From an uncultured Methylomirabilota bacterium (GTDB taxonomy: Bacteria > Methylomirabilota > Methylomirabilia > Methylomirabilales > 2-02-FULL-66-22): 64,000 bases of DNA. The notes beneath the pieces are model-generated. The model saw only the letters and a list, made by a program, of their open reading frames with translations, made no database searches and had not been told where the DNA came from. Both the position numbers and the translations under genes were made by a program. Where the stretch lies: positions 4,128,001 to 4,192,000 of the forward strand of contig OY970067.1 in the NCBI GenBank assembly GCA_963705305.1, written 5' to 3'. Positions within the stretch are counted from its first letter, which is position 1, and each line of letters begins with the position of its first letter. This document shows, piece after piece, positions 9,762 to 19,632 of this stretch.

Positions 9762-10739
9762 ATGCCAATTCAGCGAGCCGCGGTTTTGAAGCCGTATACT
9801 TGGGACTGCATGCCGATTGGAGAGGAGTTCGGTCCCGTGGAGGGAGTCGTCTCCGAGCTGAAGCTCAAGACCCACGCGTTTGCCGTGGACGATTACGGCG
9901 TGTGGTACTTTCAGGCGTCGCCGTTCGGGAACCGGATCGGGCACCCCACATTGCTGGCCACGGATATCCTGATGCTTTTCACCCTCAACTACGATGCCAG
10001 TCCGCCCACATTCCAGGGGGGACTCCACACCCGGAACGAGATGGAGTTCGTGCGGCCCGTGTTCGTGGGGCAACGCGTGACGATCACGGGACGGACCACG
10101 GAGAAGTACCGGAAGCGAGAGCAGAACTACCGTGTGCTGGAGGGCGAGGTGCGGGACGAGGCGGCGCGGGTGTGTCTGCGCGTCCGGGCCACCGAGACGG
10201 TGGGGTTGTCGCCGAGCACGCCGGTAGGGAAAGGGCTGGGCACCCCGCCGCCCGATGCCATCACCGGCGAGGTCCCGCCGGGATCTCCCGTCGTCACACG
10301 GGGCACCCGGTGGACTCCTCTGGGGGCGGCCCTGCCGTACCTGGTCAAGCATACCTCACTGGAGCAGAGCGTTCTCTACTCGGGTTTCCCCCACGGATGG
10401 GCGGATGGCGGGGCCCGCAATATGTGGGTGAATATCCACACAGACCCCGAGATCGGCCGGCGGCACGGGCAGCCGGACGCCGTCGTGCAGGGCCTGTGCT
10501 CGGCAGCCTATATCTCTGAGATGTGCACGAGCTTTTTCGGGCCCTCCTGGCTCACCACCGGCCGGCTCTCCACGGTGTTCATCCGCCCGGTGATCGTGAG
10601 AGATGAGATTACCGCCTGCGGACTGCTGAAGCGAATGGAGCGGGAGGGGGATGGCCGGCGTCTTTGGCTGGATGTCTGGTGCAAGAACCAGCGCGGGGAG
10701 CTCGTCACGGTGGGACGGGCGAGCGCCCTGGTGGAATAG
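9762..10739 (+). CDS. Tandem MaoC-like hotdog-fold (acyl-CoA dehydratase-like) protein
   Basis: Two hotdog halves (EFVRPVFVGQ; NIHTD...FIRPVIVRD...WCKNQRGE); follows the CoA-transferase. Confidence 0.75.
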   Translation: MPIQRAAVLKPYTWDCMPIGEEFGPVEGVVSELKLKTHAFAVDDYGVWYFQASPFGNRIGHPTLLATDILMLFTLNYDASPPTFQGGLHTRNEMEFVRPVFVGQRVTITGRTTEKYRKREQNYRVLEGEVRDEAARVCLRVRATETVGLSPSTPVGKGLGTPPPDAITGEVPPGSPVVTRGTRWTPLGAALPYLVKHTSLEQSVLYSGFPHGWADGGARNMWVNIHTDPEIGRRHGQPDAVVQGLCSAAYISEMCTSFFGPSWLTTGRLSTVFIRPVIVRDEITACGLLKRMEREGDGRRLWLDVWCKNQRGELVTVGRASALVE

Positions 10740-10949
10740 GCCGTTTCCATTGATCCGCGAATATGAGAGCGCCGCTCGAGCCCAGAGGCTGGAGCGGCGC
10801 ATCCGCCTGCATCGAATCACCTGATGTTCTCATCACCGGTCGGGTGCGAGGTGCCTACTTGCCGGCATCTTGCCGGATCTCGCGGCTGATCTGATTCTCC
10901 TGTGGCGTGAAAAGTACGTGGTCGTATGTGCGAGTCCAAGCACTTACAC

Positions 10950-11447
10950 CTAATCGACCAATCCGGTGATCTCGTACCGGAAACAGGCCCAGCCGAGCTC
11001 CGACTGGGTCGGGACCACGGTGGCAAACGTTCCTGTCTGGCCGGGGCGGATGGTCCTCGGGAGCACGGCTGCTTCAACGGTTTTGACAGCTTGATTCTGT
11101 GAGTCGAACAGGCTGAACCCCACGATGACCTCGGAGACCGCCCTTTGCCCCACGTTGCGATAGGTGCCCTGGACTTTCGTGCCCGGCGTGCCGGTGAGCT
11201 TGGTGATCTCCACGGCCTTTTCGTCGGGACAGATGAAATTGGTGATCGACTCCAGGGGCGCGGTCTGCGGCTGACTGGAGGCGCTCTCGGTTTCGCGCTG
11301 CTCTTTCAACTTCGCTTGTATGTACTCGCATTCCTCCCGGGAAAGCGATCCCTGGGGGAGGTTCTGACAGGTCACCTCGGCGGACACCGCGACCCCGGGC
11401 CAGATCATCAACAGGAACCCGATCGTCACAAGAAGACGGGAGGACAT
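10950..11447 (-). CDS. Exported FxLYD-domain protein
   Basis: Signal peptide MSSRLLVTIGFLL...; GTYRNVG...FSLFDSQNQ...IRPGQTGTF. Confidence 0.7.
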   Translation of the reverse strand: MSSRLLVTIGFLLMIWPGVAVSAEVTCQNLPQGSLSREECEYIQAKLKEQRETESASSQPQTAPLESITNFICPDEKAVEITKLTGTPGTKVQGTYRNVGQRAVSEVIVGFSLFDSQNQAVKTVEAAVLPRTIRPGQTGTFATVVPTQSELGWACFRYEITGLVD

Positions 11448-11485
11448 GCAGTGCTCCTTTCTTCCATCTGTGCCGCTCGATGGCC

Positions 11486-12106
11486 TCATGGCTGGCGCTC
11501 GCGGGCGCGGTTCTCTTCGAGCTGGCGTTTTCGCTCGTCGGGAGACAGCTCGCGCGGCCGTTTCTGATTCTCGCGGAGGCGCTGGCGGATCGCCTGCCGC
11601 TTCTCTGGTGACATCTGCCGCCACTGCTGCGCCCGCTCGCGGAGCCGTTGCCGCTCTTCGGGCGAAAGACGCTGGAACTGCTCGAGCCGCTGGCGGAGCG
11701 CCTGCCGCTCCTCCGGCGCCAGCTGCTGCCACCGCTGCATGCGCTCGCGAAGGCGCTGCTGCTCCTGAGGAGGCAGTTGCTGCCAACGTCGGAAGTTCTG
11801 ACGGATCTGCTGCTGCGCCTGGGGTGGAAGGTGCCGGAACGTCTCCAGGTTGCGGCGGACCTGCTCGCGCTCTTCCGGTGAGAGCTGCTTCCAGCGCTCG
11901 TAATTCTCTCGGATGCGCTGCCGTTCCTCGGGGGAGAGTTGGTTCCACCGCTGCAGGTTTTGCTGCGCGCGCGCGCGCTCGTCGGGCGTGAGGGACTCGA
12001 GGCCCGAGATCGCGCCCCCGGCGGGCGGCACCTGCGGCCGGGCCGGCGGCGGGCAGGCCAAGAAGACGAGCAACAGGCCAAGCAGGAAGATGGGCGTCCG
12101 CCTCAT
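11486..12106 (-). CDS. DUF3106-like exported helical-repeat protein
   Basis: Signal peptide; about six W(Q/K)QLxPEERQ repeats. Confidence 0.8.
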   Translation of the reverse strand: MRRTPIFLLGLLLVFLACPPPARPQVPPAGGAISGLESLTPDERARAQQNLQRWNQLSPEERQRIRENYERWKQLSPEEREQVRRNLETFRHLPPQAQQQIRQNFRRWQQLPPQEQQRLRERMQRWQQLAPEERQALRQRLEQFQRLSPEERQRLRERAQQWRQMSPEKRQAIRQRLRENQKRPRELSPDERKRQLEENRARERQP

Positions 12107-12363
12107 GGCTTCCCCTTTGTCTCTGCGCCAGTGGTCTGGGACTCCGGCGCCGCCGCCGGGCGCCGCACATCCTCTCGCGGGCGCAGCAGGTCCAACTGTT
12201 GGAGCAAATCCAGGTCGCGGAGGGCGTCCATGTCGGCGAGCATTCGGGCGTCCACTCTGGCGTCCGTTTGCGGTGACGGGGATTTCGCCGCCGGCGCCTG
12301 TTGCGCCGCCGTCAACAAGAGGCCTGCCAGGACCGCAACGGCTGTTCGCCATACCTTCCACAT
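12103..12363 (-). CDS. Small exported hypothetical protein (LxDLDLL motif)
   Basis: MWKVWRTAVAVLAGLLL signal; ATGA overlap with the downstream gene. Confidence 0.6.
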   Translation of the reverse strand: MWKVWRTAVAVLAGLLLTAAQQAPAAKSPSPQTDARVDARMLADMDALRDLDLLQQLDLLRPREDVRRPAAAPESQTTGAETKGKP

Positions 12364-12371
12364 ATGCGCGC

Positions 12372-12893
12372 TCAGCTCAACCGACCGCCGCGGTCGACGT
12401 CCAGTCGCCGCAGGAGGTCCAGTCGCTCCAGCACGTCGAAGTTTTCCAGCACGTCCAGGTTTTGCCCGATGCCAATCTCCTCGACCAGGGCCAGGGCGTC
12501 GGCGGGCGGAACCTGACGAGGCGCGCGGTCGCTTCGGACCGCGCCGAACGCCAGCACGAGGCCAAGCGCCGTGGCTGCGGCGATGGCCGGCACGCGCCAG
12601 GATTCCCAAAAATGGCGAAGTCGGACCCGGACCGAAGTCAAGAGACCGGGGGACGGGGGCGGAACGGCTTCTAGGCGGCGCCGGACGGACTCGTTGAAAT
12701 CGACCCAGAAGTCCGACGGTGGCTCCGGCACCTGGAGGGCCCGGGTGCGAGTTATCACCTCCCGGAGGAGGCGCGACTCGCGTTCGCATTCGGGACAGGC
12801 GGCCAGGTGGGCCGCCGTCCGCCGGCGCTCTTCCGGCGCCAGTTCATCCTCTTCGGCCAGCAACCATTCCCGGATGTTGTCGCATTCGCTCAT
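12372..12893 (-). CDS. Zinc-binding anti-sigma factor (zf-HC2) with TM helix
   Basis: C..(HLAACPEC) ZAS motif, PPSDFW, one TM segment. Confidence 0.8.
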   Translation of the reverse strand: MSECDNIREWLLAEEDELAPEERRRTAAHLAACPECERESRLLREVITRTRALQVPEPPSDFWVDFNESVRRRLEAVPPPSPGLLTSVRVRLRHFWESWRVPAIAAATALGLVLAFGAVRSDRAPRQVPPADALALVEEIGIGQNLDVLENFDVLERLDLLRRLDVDRGGRLS

Positions 12894-12993
12894 GGGCGTC
12901 TCAATCTCTGTTGCCCATCGCCACGCTTCGCTTTGCCGACGGTCGAGGTCGGATCTCGGGGAAATCTGCCCAGACTTCTTCGACTTTTAATGA

Positions 12994-13022
12994 GTAGACC
13001 GTGAAGTCTTGCAAAGGTTTAA
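12994..13022 (-). promoter_or_regulatory. Putative ECF sigma promoter for the anti-sigma operon
   Basis: Minus strand reads TAAAC-N17-GTCTAC, about 100 bp upstream of the anti-sigma start. Confidence 0.45.
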
Positions 13023-13760
13023 TCGTTCCTTGAAATTTTCTCAGGAGCATTTGCGGTTGCCTGCCGGGGGTATGGCATTCGCTCCAGATTCTCATATGAT
13101 TATGTGTTAGTTTAACTATATTATGTAACATTAAAAATTAAAAGGATATATTACATAAAAATAGGTTCGTCATGTCAGAGCTTGAGAGTGTGGTCGGGCA
13201 AGCAGGAGGATATAAATGAGGGGTAAATTCGAGCGTGAAGAAGGAGGGATTTTAAGAAAGGGGGGACGATCGTGGGGCCAGGTACCGAGATTGCGCGGGC
13301 CGGGTTGCGAGCGCCTCAAGGTACGCACCAGCGACTGAGCGTGGCGATCCTGCAGGCGTTGGCCTGCCATGTGCACAAGCCCGCCCGGATCGACGGCCGG
13401 AGCGTGGCCACGTATAGCAAACTCGCGAGGGCTGTTCCGGGCAAGCCGCCCTGGTGGCATGCTTTTCCGCGTCAGGGCCTTCGTGTTGACAACCCACCCC
13501 CCGGGGCGTAGGTTTTCTCTGGACAAAGTGCGTGCGGCGGAATGGAATCCGGGAGCTTGGCTTCTGGTCGGCGACTGCCTCGGGCCTTCGTCCTGCTGGC
13601 GTCCCGATCCGGCGGTGGATACCCCGAGTTGACCGTTGGCGGCTGCGGTCAGATGCATGTCAGTGCGCTTATGCGCTCCCCGATGTAACGGAAGGCCCCG
13701 GCGCGATATGTGGCATCGTGGCAGGCGCTCAGATGTTGATGCTGGCAGGGAGGTGCATCC

Positions 13761-14093
13761 ATGAAACTCTCGTTAAAGGCACTCGCTGTTGCGGCGGGGC
13801 TTCTCTGGGGGGGTGCGGTGCTCTGCTGCGGAATCGCCAACGCGATCTGGCCCCCATATGCCATGGCATTTCTCCACCTCGTCGCATCGATCTACCCGGG
13901 GTACGATCCCGCCGGGGGGGCCGGCAGTATCGTGGTGGGCACACTCTATGCCATCCTTGACGGGGCCGTAGGCGGGCTCCTGTTCGCCTGGCTGTACAAT
14001 TGCCTTGCCGGCAGCGGGCCGAGGCAGCCCGTCGAGGGCGGCTCTGCGGACCGGGCGGTCCAAGGGCCCGGCGATTCCCGCCCTCCGCGATGA
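13761..14093 (+). CDS. Small multi-TM membrane protein
   Basis: SD GGAGG; hydrophobic segments around SIYPGY and DGAVGG..FAWLYN. Confidence 0.7.
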   Translation: MKLSLKALAVAAGLLWGGAVLCCGIANAIWPPYAMAFLHLVASIYPGYDPAGGAGSIVVGTLYAILDGAVGGLLFAWLYNCLAGSGPRQPVEGGSADRAVQGPGDSRPPR

Positions 14094-14114
14094 GGAGGCC
14101 GCAATGGGGGGACC

Positions 14115-14614
14115 AACCTGAACCACTTGCCGCCCCGGCAGCGCGGCGTGCGCATGGTCTTTCAAGGCTACGCCCTCTTCCCCCACATGAAAGTCTACGA
14201 CGAGCGGTGGTTCTCGAACCTGAGCTTCCCACTGAAGATCCGCAGGCTGTTGAACCAAGAGATCGCCAGGGTGGTCTCGACGGTCACGCGGCGGGTGGGC
14301 ATCGAAAGGATGTCTACCCGCGAAAGCCGGACCAGCTCTCCGCCGGGCAGAAACAGAAGGTGGCGGTGGGGCGGGCCCTGGCCCTGCCACCAACGCTGTT
14401 CATTTTGGACGAGCCGCTGAGCAAGCTGGATCCCCTGAGCCGGGTGAAGGTGCGCGACGAGCTCAAGCGCATCCACGGCGAGATTCACGCGACCACCCTG
14501 TACGTGACGCACAACCTTCCGGAAGCGATGGCGCTGGGCGACCGGCTCGGTGATTTCTACGCCACGGAAGAGTACCGATGGCTGGAGATCGACCGCAGGT
14601 ACGGCGGCGCGTAG
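14115..14614 (+). pseudogene. Truncated, frameshifted MalK-like ABC ATPase fragment
   Basis: MVFQGYALFPHM in one frame; LSAGQKQ, LDEPLSKLD and YVTH in another; no Walker A. Confidence 0.75.
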
Positions 14615-14682
14615 TCCGTAGGGAGAGAAAGACCGCGGGGCGGGCGGCCGGATCCGGACGGGATCAGGAGGAGTGATCCACC

Positions 14683-15993
14683 ATGAATGGAGAAGGACAG
14701 AGCGGGCGCATCAGGAACGCGACGCTCCGGGTTTGGGTGCCGCGCCTGATCTTCCTGGTCCTCGGGTTTGCCTGTGGAGGTGCGGTGGCCTGCGGGCTGC
14801 TGGCCGCCCTGCCGACCTCCGGGACGATCCCCACCGGGGCGGAGACCGACTTCCGCCTGATGGCGGAGGCGTGGAACACGATCGAGCGGGTCTACGTGGA
14901 TCGGGCTGCCATCACTCCGAAGCGGATGACCTACGGTGCGGTGAGTGGCATGGTGGACGCGCTAGGCGATACGGGCCATAGTCGCTTCCTGACGCCCGAG
15001 ATGCGTAAGATCCAGCGGCAGGTGACGGAGGGGGCCCTTGAGGGTATCGGCGCCGAGGTGCGCGGGCTCCATGACCAAACCATCGTGGTGGCCACCTTCG
15101 ACAACTCGCCCGCTCGGCGGGCGGGGCTGCAACCCGGCGACATCATCCTGAAGGTCGATGCGGAGCCGGTGAGCGGCCTTCCGCTTGACGAAGTGGTCGG
15201 GCGCATCGTGGGGCCCGCCAACACCGCCGTGCAGCTCACCGTCCTGACCCCCAGTACTCACACCACGCGGGACCTGAAGCTGGTCCGCGCCCGCATCACC
15301 CTGCACAACGTGACCTGGCAGCACCTGCCGGGCACCCCGCTCGCCCATGTGCGCATCGCCTCCTTCAGCAACGGCGTGACCGGCGACCTCCGGAAGGCTC
15401 TGACGGACATCCAGCACGAGGGGCTGACCGGGCTGATCCTGGACCTACGCAATGATCCGGGCGGGTTATTCGAGGAGGCCGTGGGAACGGCCAGTCAGTT
15501 CCTGGCTGCGGGCAATGTCGTGCTGGAAAAGGACGCGGCGGGACACGTGACGCCGGTGCGAGCGGAGGGAGGAGGCGTGGCCCTCTCCATCCCGATCGCG
15601 GTGTTGATCGACGGCGGCACCGCCAGCGCCGCGGAAATCGTCGCAGGGGCATTGAAGGATGGCCGCCGGGCCACGCTGCTGGGCGAGACCACCGTGGGGA
15701 CGGGGACAATCCTCGAGCCCTTCCTGCTCTCCGATGGCTCGGCCCTGCTGTTGGCAACCAAGGAATGGCTGACCCCCGACGGACACCTGATCTGGCACCA
15801 GGGGATCGCCCCAGACATCGCGATCTCGCTGCCGGCGGGTGTGGCCCCCCTCATTCCGGAGGCGGAGCGGGAAATCACGGCGGCGGGGCTGCGCGCGAGC
15901 CGCGACACACAGCTCCTGCGCGCCCTCGCACTGCTGGAACAGCGGCTGTCCACGGAGCATCGGCGGGCCCTAGGTCTGCCGCCGAGGGGATGA
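14683..15993 (+). CDS. ctpA: S41A C-terminal processing peptidase (PDZ + S41)
   Basis: GIGAEV PDZ, LDLRNDPGG, TASAAEIVAGAL, GIAPD. Confidence 0.88.
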   Translation: MNGEGQSGRIRNATLRVWVPRLIFLVLGFACGGAVACGLLAALPTSGTIPTGAETDFRLMAEAWNTIERVYVDRAAITPKRMTYGAVSGMVDALGDTGHSRFLTPEMRKIQRQVTEGALEGIGAEVRGLHDQTIVVATFDNSPARRAGLQPGDIILKVDAEPVSGLPLDEVVGRIVGPANTAVQLTVLTPSTHTTRDLKLVRARITLHNVTWQHLPGTPLAHVRIASFSNGVTGDLRKALTDIQHEGLTGLILDLRNDPGGLFEEAVGTASQFLAAGNVVLEKDAAGHVTPVRAEGGGVALSIPIAVLIDGGTASAAEIVAGALKDGRRATLLGETTVGTGTILEPFLLSDGSALLLATKEWLTPDGHLIWHQGIAPDIAISLPAGVAPLIPEAEREITAAGLRASRDTQLLRALALLEQRLSTEHRRALGLPPRG

Positions 15994-16147
15994 TGGGATC
16001 GGCGCCTCTCCCATCAGGAAGCCTTCCGATTGCGATTGCTGCTCGTTATAGTCGCGTGGGTGCGCGACAGTCCGCCCGCCGGCCGCGCGTGGAGATGGCC
16101 GCCTATCACGGCCAGGCCAGCGCGAATCACCGAGGTCCCGAACGAGA

Positions 16148-17371
16148 ATGCCGTATCTGAAGAGCCGCATCACCTTGCTTCTGCCCGGCGGTCTCACGGT
16201 ACTGGCGGCCCTCTTGATCTTCCGACCGGGCGTCCTTCCTGACTCCACATGGCCCTACGGCGATGCATATCCCTACGTGGTCTTTGGGCTGGGAGCCGCC
16301 CTCGGCTGGTATTTCAACTGCGGTCGGGTTGTCCTTGCCCTTGCGATCCTGGGCGCAACCAACGGCATCCTGGTCGGCGGCGGGATCGGCCAGGGCGTCG
16401 CGCGCAACGGCGGACGCGCCGCATTCGATCTCCTGTGTGTCCTGCTCCCCGTCAATTTCGCAGGGTACGCTATCGTCGCCGAGCGTGGCGTGCTCACAGC
16501 GCGCGGACTGAGGCGAGTGGTTCCCATTCTGCTCCAGGGTCTGGCTGGCGGCCTGCTCCTCCTGCTGGCAAGGCGCGGGCTGGCCGGATGGCTGGAATAC
16601 CGTTTCATCGAGCCGCGCCTCACCAGCTGGACCGCCGTCCCGCAGGCGGCGCTGGCGACCTTCGGGGCGGCGGCCATTTTCCTGGCGGTTCGATGCGTCC
16701 TGAGCGGCAGTGCGATCGATGCGGGATTGTTGTGGGCCCTGCTCTCGACCTACGTTGCGCTGCACGGAATCCGACTCGGATGGGCGCCGGCGCCTTTCCT
16801 TGCCGCGGGGGGTCTTGCGCTCATCGTCGCACTCGTGGTGACATCCTATCGCATGGCCTACCATGACGAGCTGACCGGCCTGCCGGGCCGCCGAGCGTTG
16901 AACGACGCGCTGCTCCCGCTGGGGCGCCGGTATGCGGTGGCCATGGTGGATGTGGATCGCTTCAAGCGGTTCAATGATACCTACGGGCACGAGGTGGGGG
17001 ATCAGGTGCTTCGGATGGTTGCCTCGAAGCTGAGCGCGATCACGGGGGGCGGGAAAGCCTTTCGCTACGGCGGAGAGGAATTCTCGGTGATCTTCCCCGG
17101 CAAGTCGGCGGATGAGGCCGTCTCACACCTGGAGGAATTGCGCAAGGCCATTGAAGCTTCGCGATTTGTATTGCGGGGCCCTGGCCGACCCCGCAAGAAA
17201 CCCCCCGCGCCCACGCCCCGATCGGCGCCGCGCAAGGAGGTCGCCGTGACGGTCAGCATCGGTGTGGCCGACCGCGACGGCCGCAGGTCCGACCCGCAGC
17301 AGGTGATCCGGGCGGCCGACAGGGCCCTCTATCGCGCCAAGAACGCAGGGCGGAATCGCGTGGTGGGGTAG
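16148..17371 (+). CDS. Membrane-bound diguanylate cyclase
   Basis: Multi-TM N-terminus; DELTGL, DVDRFKRFNDTYGH, RYGGEEF, ADRALYRAK. Confidence 0.92.
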   Translation: MPYLKSRITLLLPGGLTVLAALLIFRPGVLPDSTWPYGDAYPYVVFGLGAALGWYFNCGRVVLALAILGATNGILVGGGIGQGVARNGGRAAFDLLCVLLPVNFAGYAIVAERGVLTARGLRRVVPILLQGLAGGLLLLLARRGLAGWLEYRFIEPRLTSWTAVPQAALATFGAAAIFLAVRCVLSGSAIDAGLLWALLSTYVALHGIRLGWAPAPFLAAGGLALIVALVVTSYRMAYHDELTGLPGRRALNDALLPLGRRYAVAMVDVDRFKRFNDTYGHEVGDQVLRMVASKLSAITGGGKAFRYGGEEFSVIFPGKSADEAVSHLEELRKAIEASRFVLRGPGRPRKKPPAPTPRSAPRKEVAVTVSIGVADRDGRRSDPQQVIRAADRALYRAKNAGRNRVVG

Positions 17372-17410
17372 GGGAAGGGAAGATCGGCGCGGCGCTTCCC
17401 AGGGTGGGTG

Positions 17411-17914
17411 TCAGGCGGCGTCCGGCAGTACCACCCGTTCGAACTGCTCGCCATCGCGGCGCACGGCGTACCGCTCGCCCCGAACGGAGTCCGCGACCGA
17501 TACCGTGCCCCCATCGGGCCAGATGAGCAGCAATTGCTGCCCGTTGCGAACGTCGCCCTTCGCCAGCAGCGTGGCCTCCGCCCACAGGGTGACGGATACT
17601 GCGTCCGGGAAGGTGCTGGAAGCGGCAAACAGTACGAGAGCGCGTGGATCGTCCGTCGCCGCGGATTGCTCTACTCCGAGCACGATCTGCCGGCTCTTGG
17701 GGTCCCGATACGCGTGCGCACGACGGATCACGGGCGATGCGTCGGAGATGGTCGCCCTCAGCCGCGCTGTCAGCGGAATCCGCATGGCCTTGCCCGGGAT
17801 GCCGGGATCCCCCACGGAGATATGAGGGTGGGGGAGGGTGTTCACGGGGATCGCGTCTGCGATGCGCAACGGCTGCACCTGGGCGGGGGCGAACTCGACA
17901 TGGAAGGCCTGCAT
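17411..17914 (-). CDS. Hypothetical protein
   Basis: ATG 17914 after GGAG; globular-looking composition (MQAFHVEFAPAQ...). Confidence 0.55.
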   Translation of the reverse strand: MQAFHVEFAPAQVQPLRIADAIPVNTLPHPHISVGDPGIPGKAMRIPLTARLRATISDASPVIRRAHAYRDPKSRQIVLGVEQSAATDDPRALVLFAASSTFPDAVSVTLWAEATLLAKGDVRNGQQLLLIWPDGGTVSVADSVRGERYAVRRDGEQFERVVLPDAA

Positions 17915-18256
17915 CTGTCTCTCCGTTTCTGGTCCCCCGCTGGCCGAACACGCGGGGGAAAGGCCGCCAACCGGGCGGACGGGCACGAGGCCGCTGCTGG
18001 ATGCGATCGATAACGAGGGACCTTCTCTCGGGCCGGGATCCGCTGAGGCGGGGCGACACCGGGAGGCAGCCGCGCGATACTGACGGGCCTAGTGTGCATC
18101 AAAGAGCGCGAATTCGCAACCGGGAAATCCGCCCGCTGCGCTCGACGAAGCAGCAGGCGGGCTCGTGGCATCGAAGGGGACGGGATTCGGCGAGACCAGA
18201 GCACCTGCAACGACTGTGGACACCGCAGAGCGCAGGAGGAGGATGGCGAACCGGGG

Positions 18257-18919
18257 ATGGATAGGAAGCTTTCACGCGATTTCTACATACGGACCAATGT
18301 CCTGACCGTGGCCCGCCAGCTCCTCGGGACGCTCCTGGTGGCGCGCGCCCCGGATGGCGGCCGGATTTCGGGAATCATCGTCGAGACGGAGGCCTACCGC
18401 GGCCCCGCTGACCGCGCGTCGCATGCGTACGGTGGGCGCCGAACTCGCCGAAACGAGACGATGTACCGGGTCGGAGGCACGGCCTACGTCTATTTCGTGT
18501 ACGGCATGTACCACCAGTTCAATGTCGTTACCAATGTCGAGGGAGTCCCCCACGCCGTCCTCGTCCGCGCCCTCCAGCCGGTGGAGGGAATCGCATGGAT
18601 GCGCCAGCGACGGCCGGCGCAGACGGATCGCAATTTGACGAGCGGACCGGGCAAGCTCTGCATCGCCATGGGGATCGATGGAACGCTGGACCGGACGGAT
18701 CTGCGCGGCGACCAGGTCTGGATCGAAGAGGGGCCGCAGCGGGTACCGCCCTCCACCATCGCCTGCGGCCCGCGGATCGGCATCGACTACGCGGGGGAAT
18801 GGGCCAACAAGCCGTGGCGGTTCTGGATCCGGGACAATCCGTTCGTCAGCCACCCGAATGCCTGTATCGGCGGGCCCACCCGCAGAGCGCGTGCCGCCGG
18901 ATCGGCACAGAGGTCATAG
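18257..18919 (+). CDS. mpg: 3-methyladenine DNA glycosylase (Mpg/AAG family)
   Basis: IIVETEAY, YVYFVYGMY, AVLVRA, GPGKLC, PRIGI, PWRF. Confidence 0.93.
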   Translation: MDRKLSRDFYIRTNVLTVARQLLGTLLVARAPDGGRISGIIVETEAYRGPADRASHAYGGRRTRRNETMYRVGGTAYVYFVYGMYHQFNVVTNVEGVPHAVLVRALQPVEGIAWMRQRRPAQTDRNLTSGPGKLCIAMGIDGTLDRTDLRGDQVWIEEGPQRVPPSTIACGPRIGIDYAGEWANKPWRFWIRDNPFVSHPNACIGGPTRRARAAGSAQRS

Positions 18920-19304
18920 GCTTCGGGCGATGCTCCAGTGCTCCGGCATATGGCACCTGGCGCACTCGACGACACATGCCCCGCCCACGAGCCTGACCCC
19001 TTCGTTTTCTCGGCATTCCCCTCGAATGTGTCGTGTGAATTTCGAGAATGGCAGACACAAAGGCATTATTACTTTTTATGGCATGCCAATACGGCAGTCA
19101 TTTGAATGTAATGAAGAGAGGACAAGAGATGGATGCATTGCACAGATATCTCTGCAGGCAGCCCAAGAGGCGCAAAAGCGAATAGAGGTAAGGTGATGGA
19201 GCGGAGGGAGGAGCCGAGCAGGTTCGAAATGTGAGAAAGAGCATGCTGGCATAGGATCTGCAAAACCTGTGGAGAAAACCCGAGGCAGAAAGGGGGTGTG
19301 TGAG

Positions 19305-19397
19305 ATGATTCTCTCCGTCACGCTCGCATTCTTCAGCGGGTTTGTCCTGGGGATGTTTCTGCTGGCCCTTTTCGTCGCCGAGCGCGAGGCGGGTTAG
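19305..19397 (+). CDS. 30-aa single-TM small protein
   Basis: MILSVTLAFFSGFVLGMFLLALFVAEREAG*, after a G-rich SD (AAGGGGG); below the ORF-track cutoff. Confidence 0.45.
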   Translation: MILSVTLAFFSGFVLGMFLLALFVAEREAG

Positions 19398-19632
19398 GCG
19401 GGAGCCTCCCGGAGCCACCTTGGCTGAGCGCGGGAGGAATCCTGCTTGCCTCCGCGGCTGTCTTCACGCCAGCTCTCCATCTCGGTCTGCGCCCCGCGTC
19501 GTTGTCCCCCTTCTTCGCCGTCAAGGTTTCGTCCGTCGCGGCTGCCCGCCAAAATAAAGCGTCCGACCGGATGCCGGTCGGACGAATGCGGATTCAAGGC
19601 TGGCAGCGTCTCTGCTCTGTTGCGGCAAGGCA

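Noticed and set aside
11640..11990. Periodic DNA repeats
   Set aside because: They are explained by the WQQLxPEERQ protein repeats of the DUF3106-like gene.
13761..14093. Phage holin implying a prophage
   Set aside because: It is only a small membrane protein, with no endolysin or phage genes nearby.
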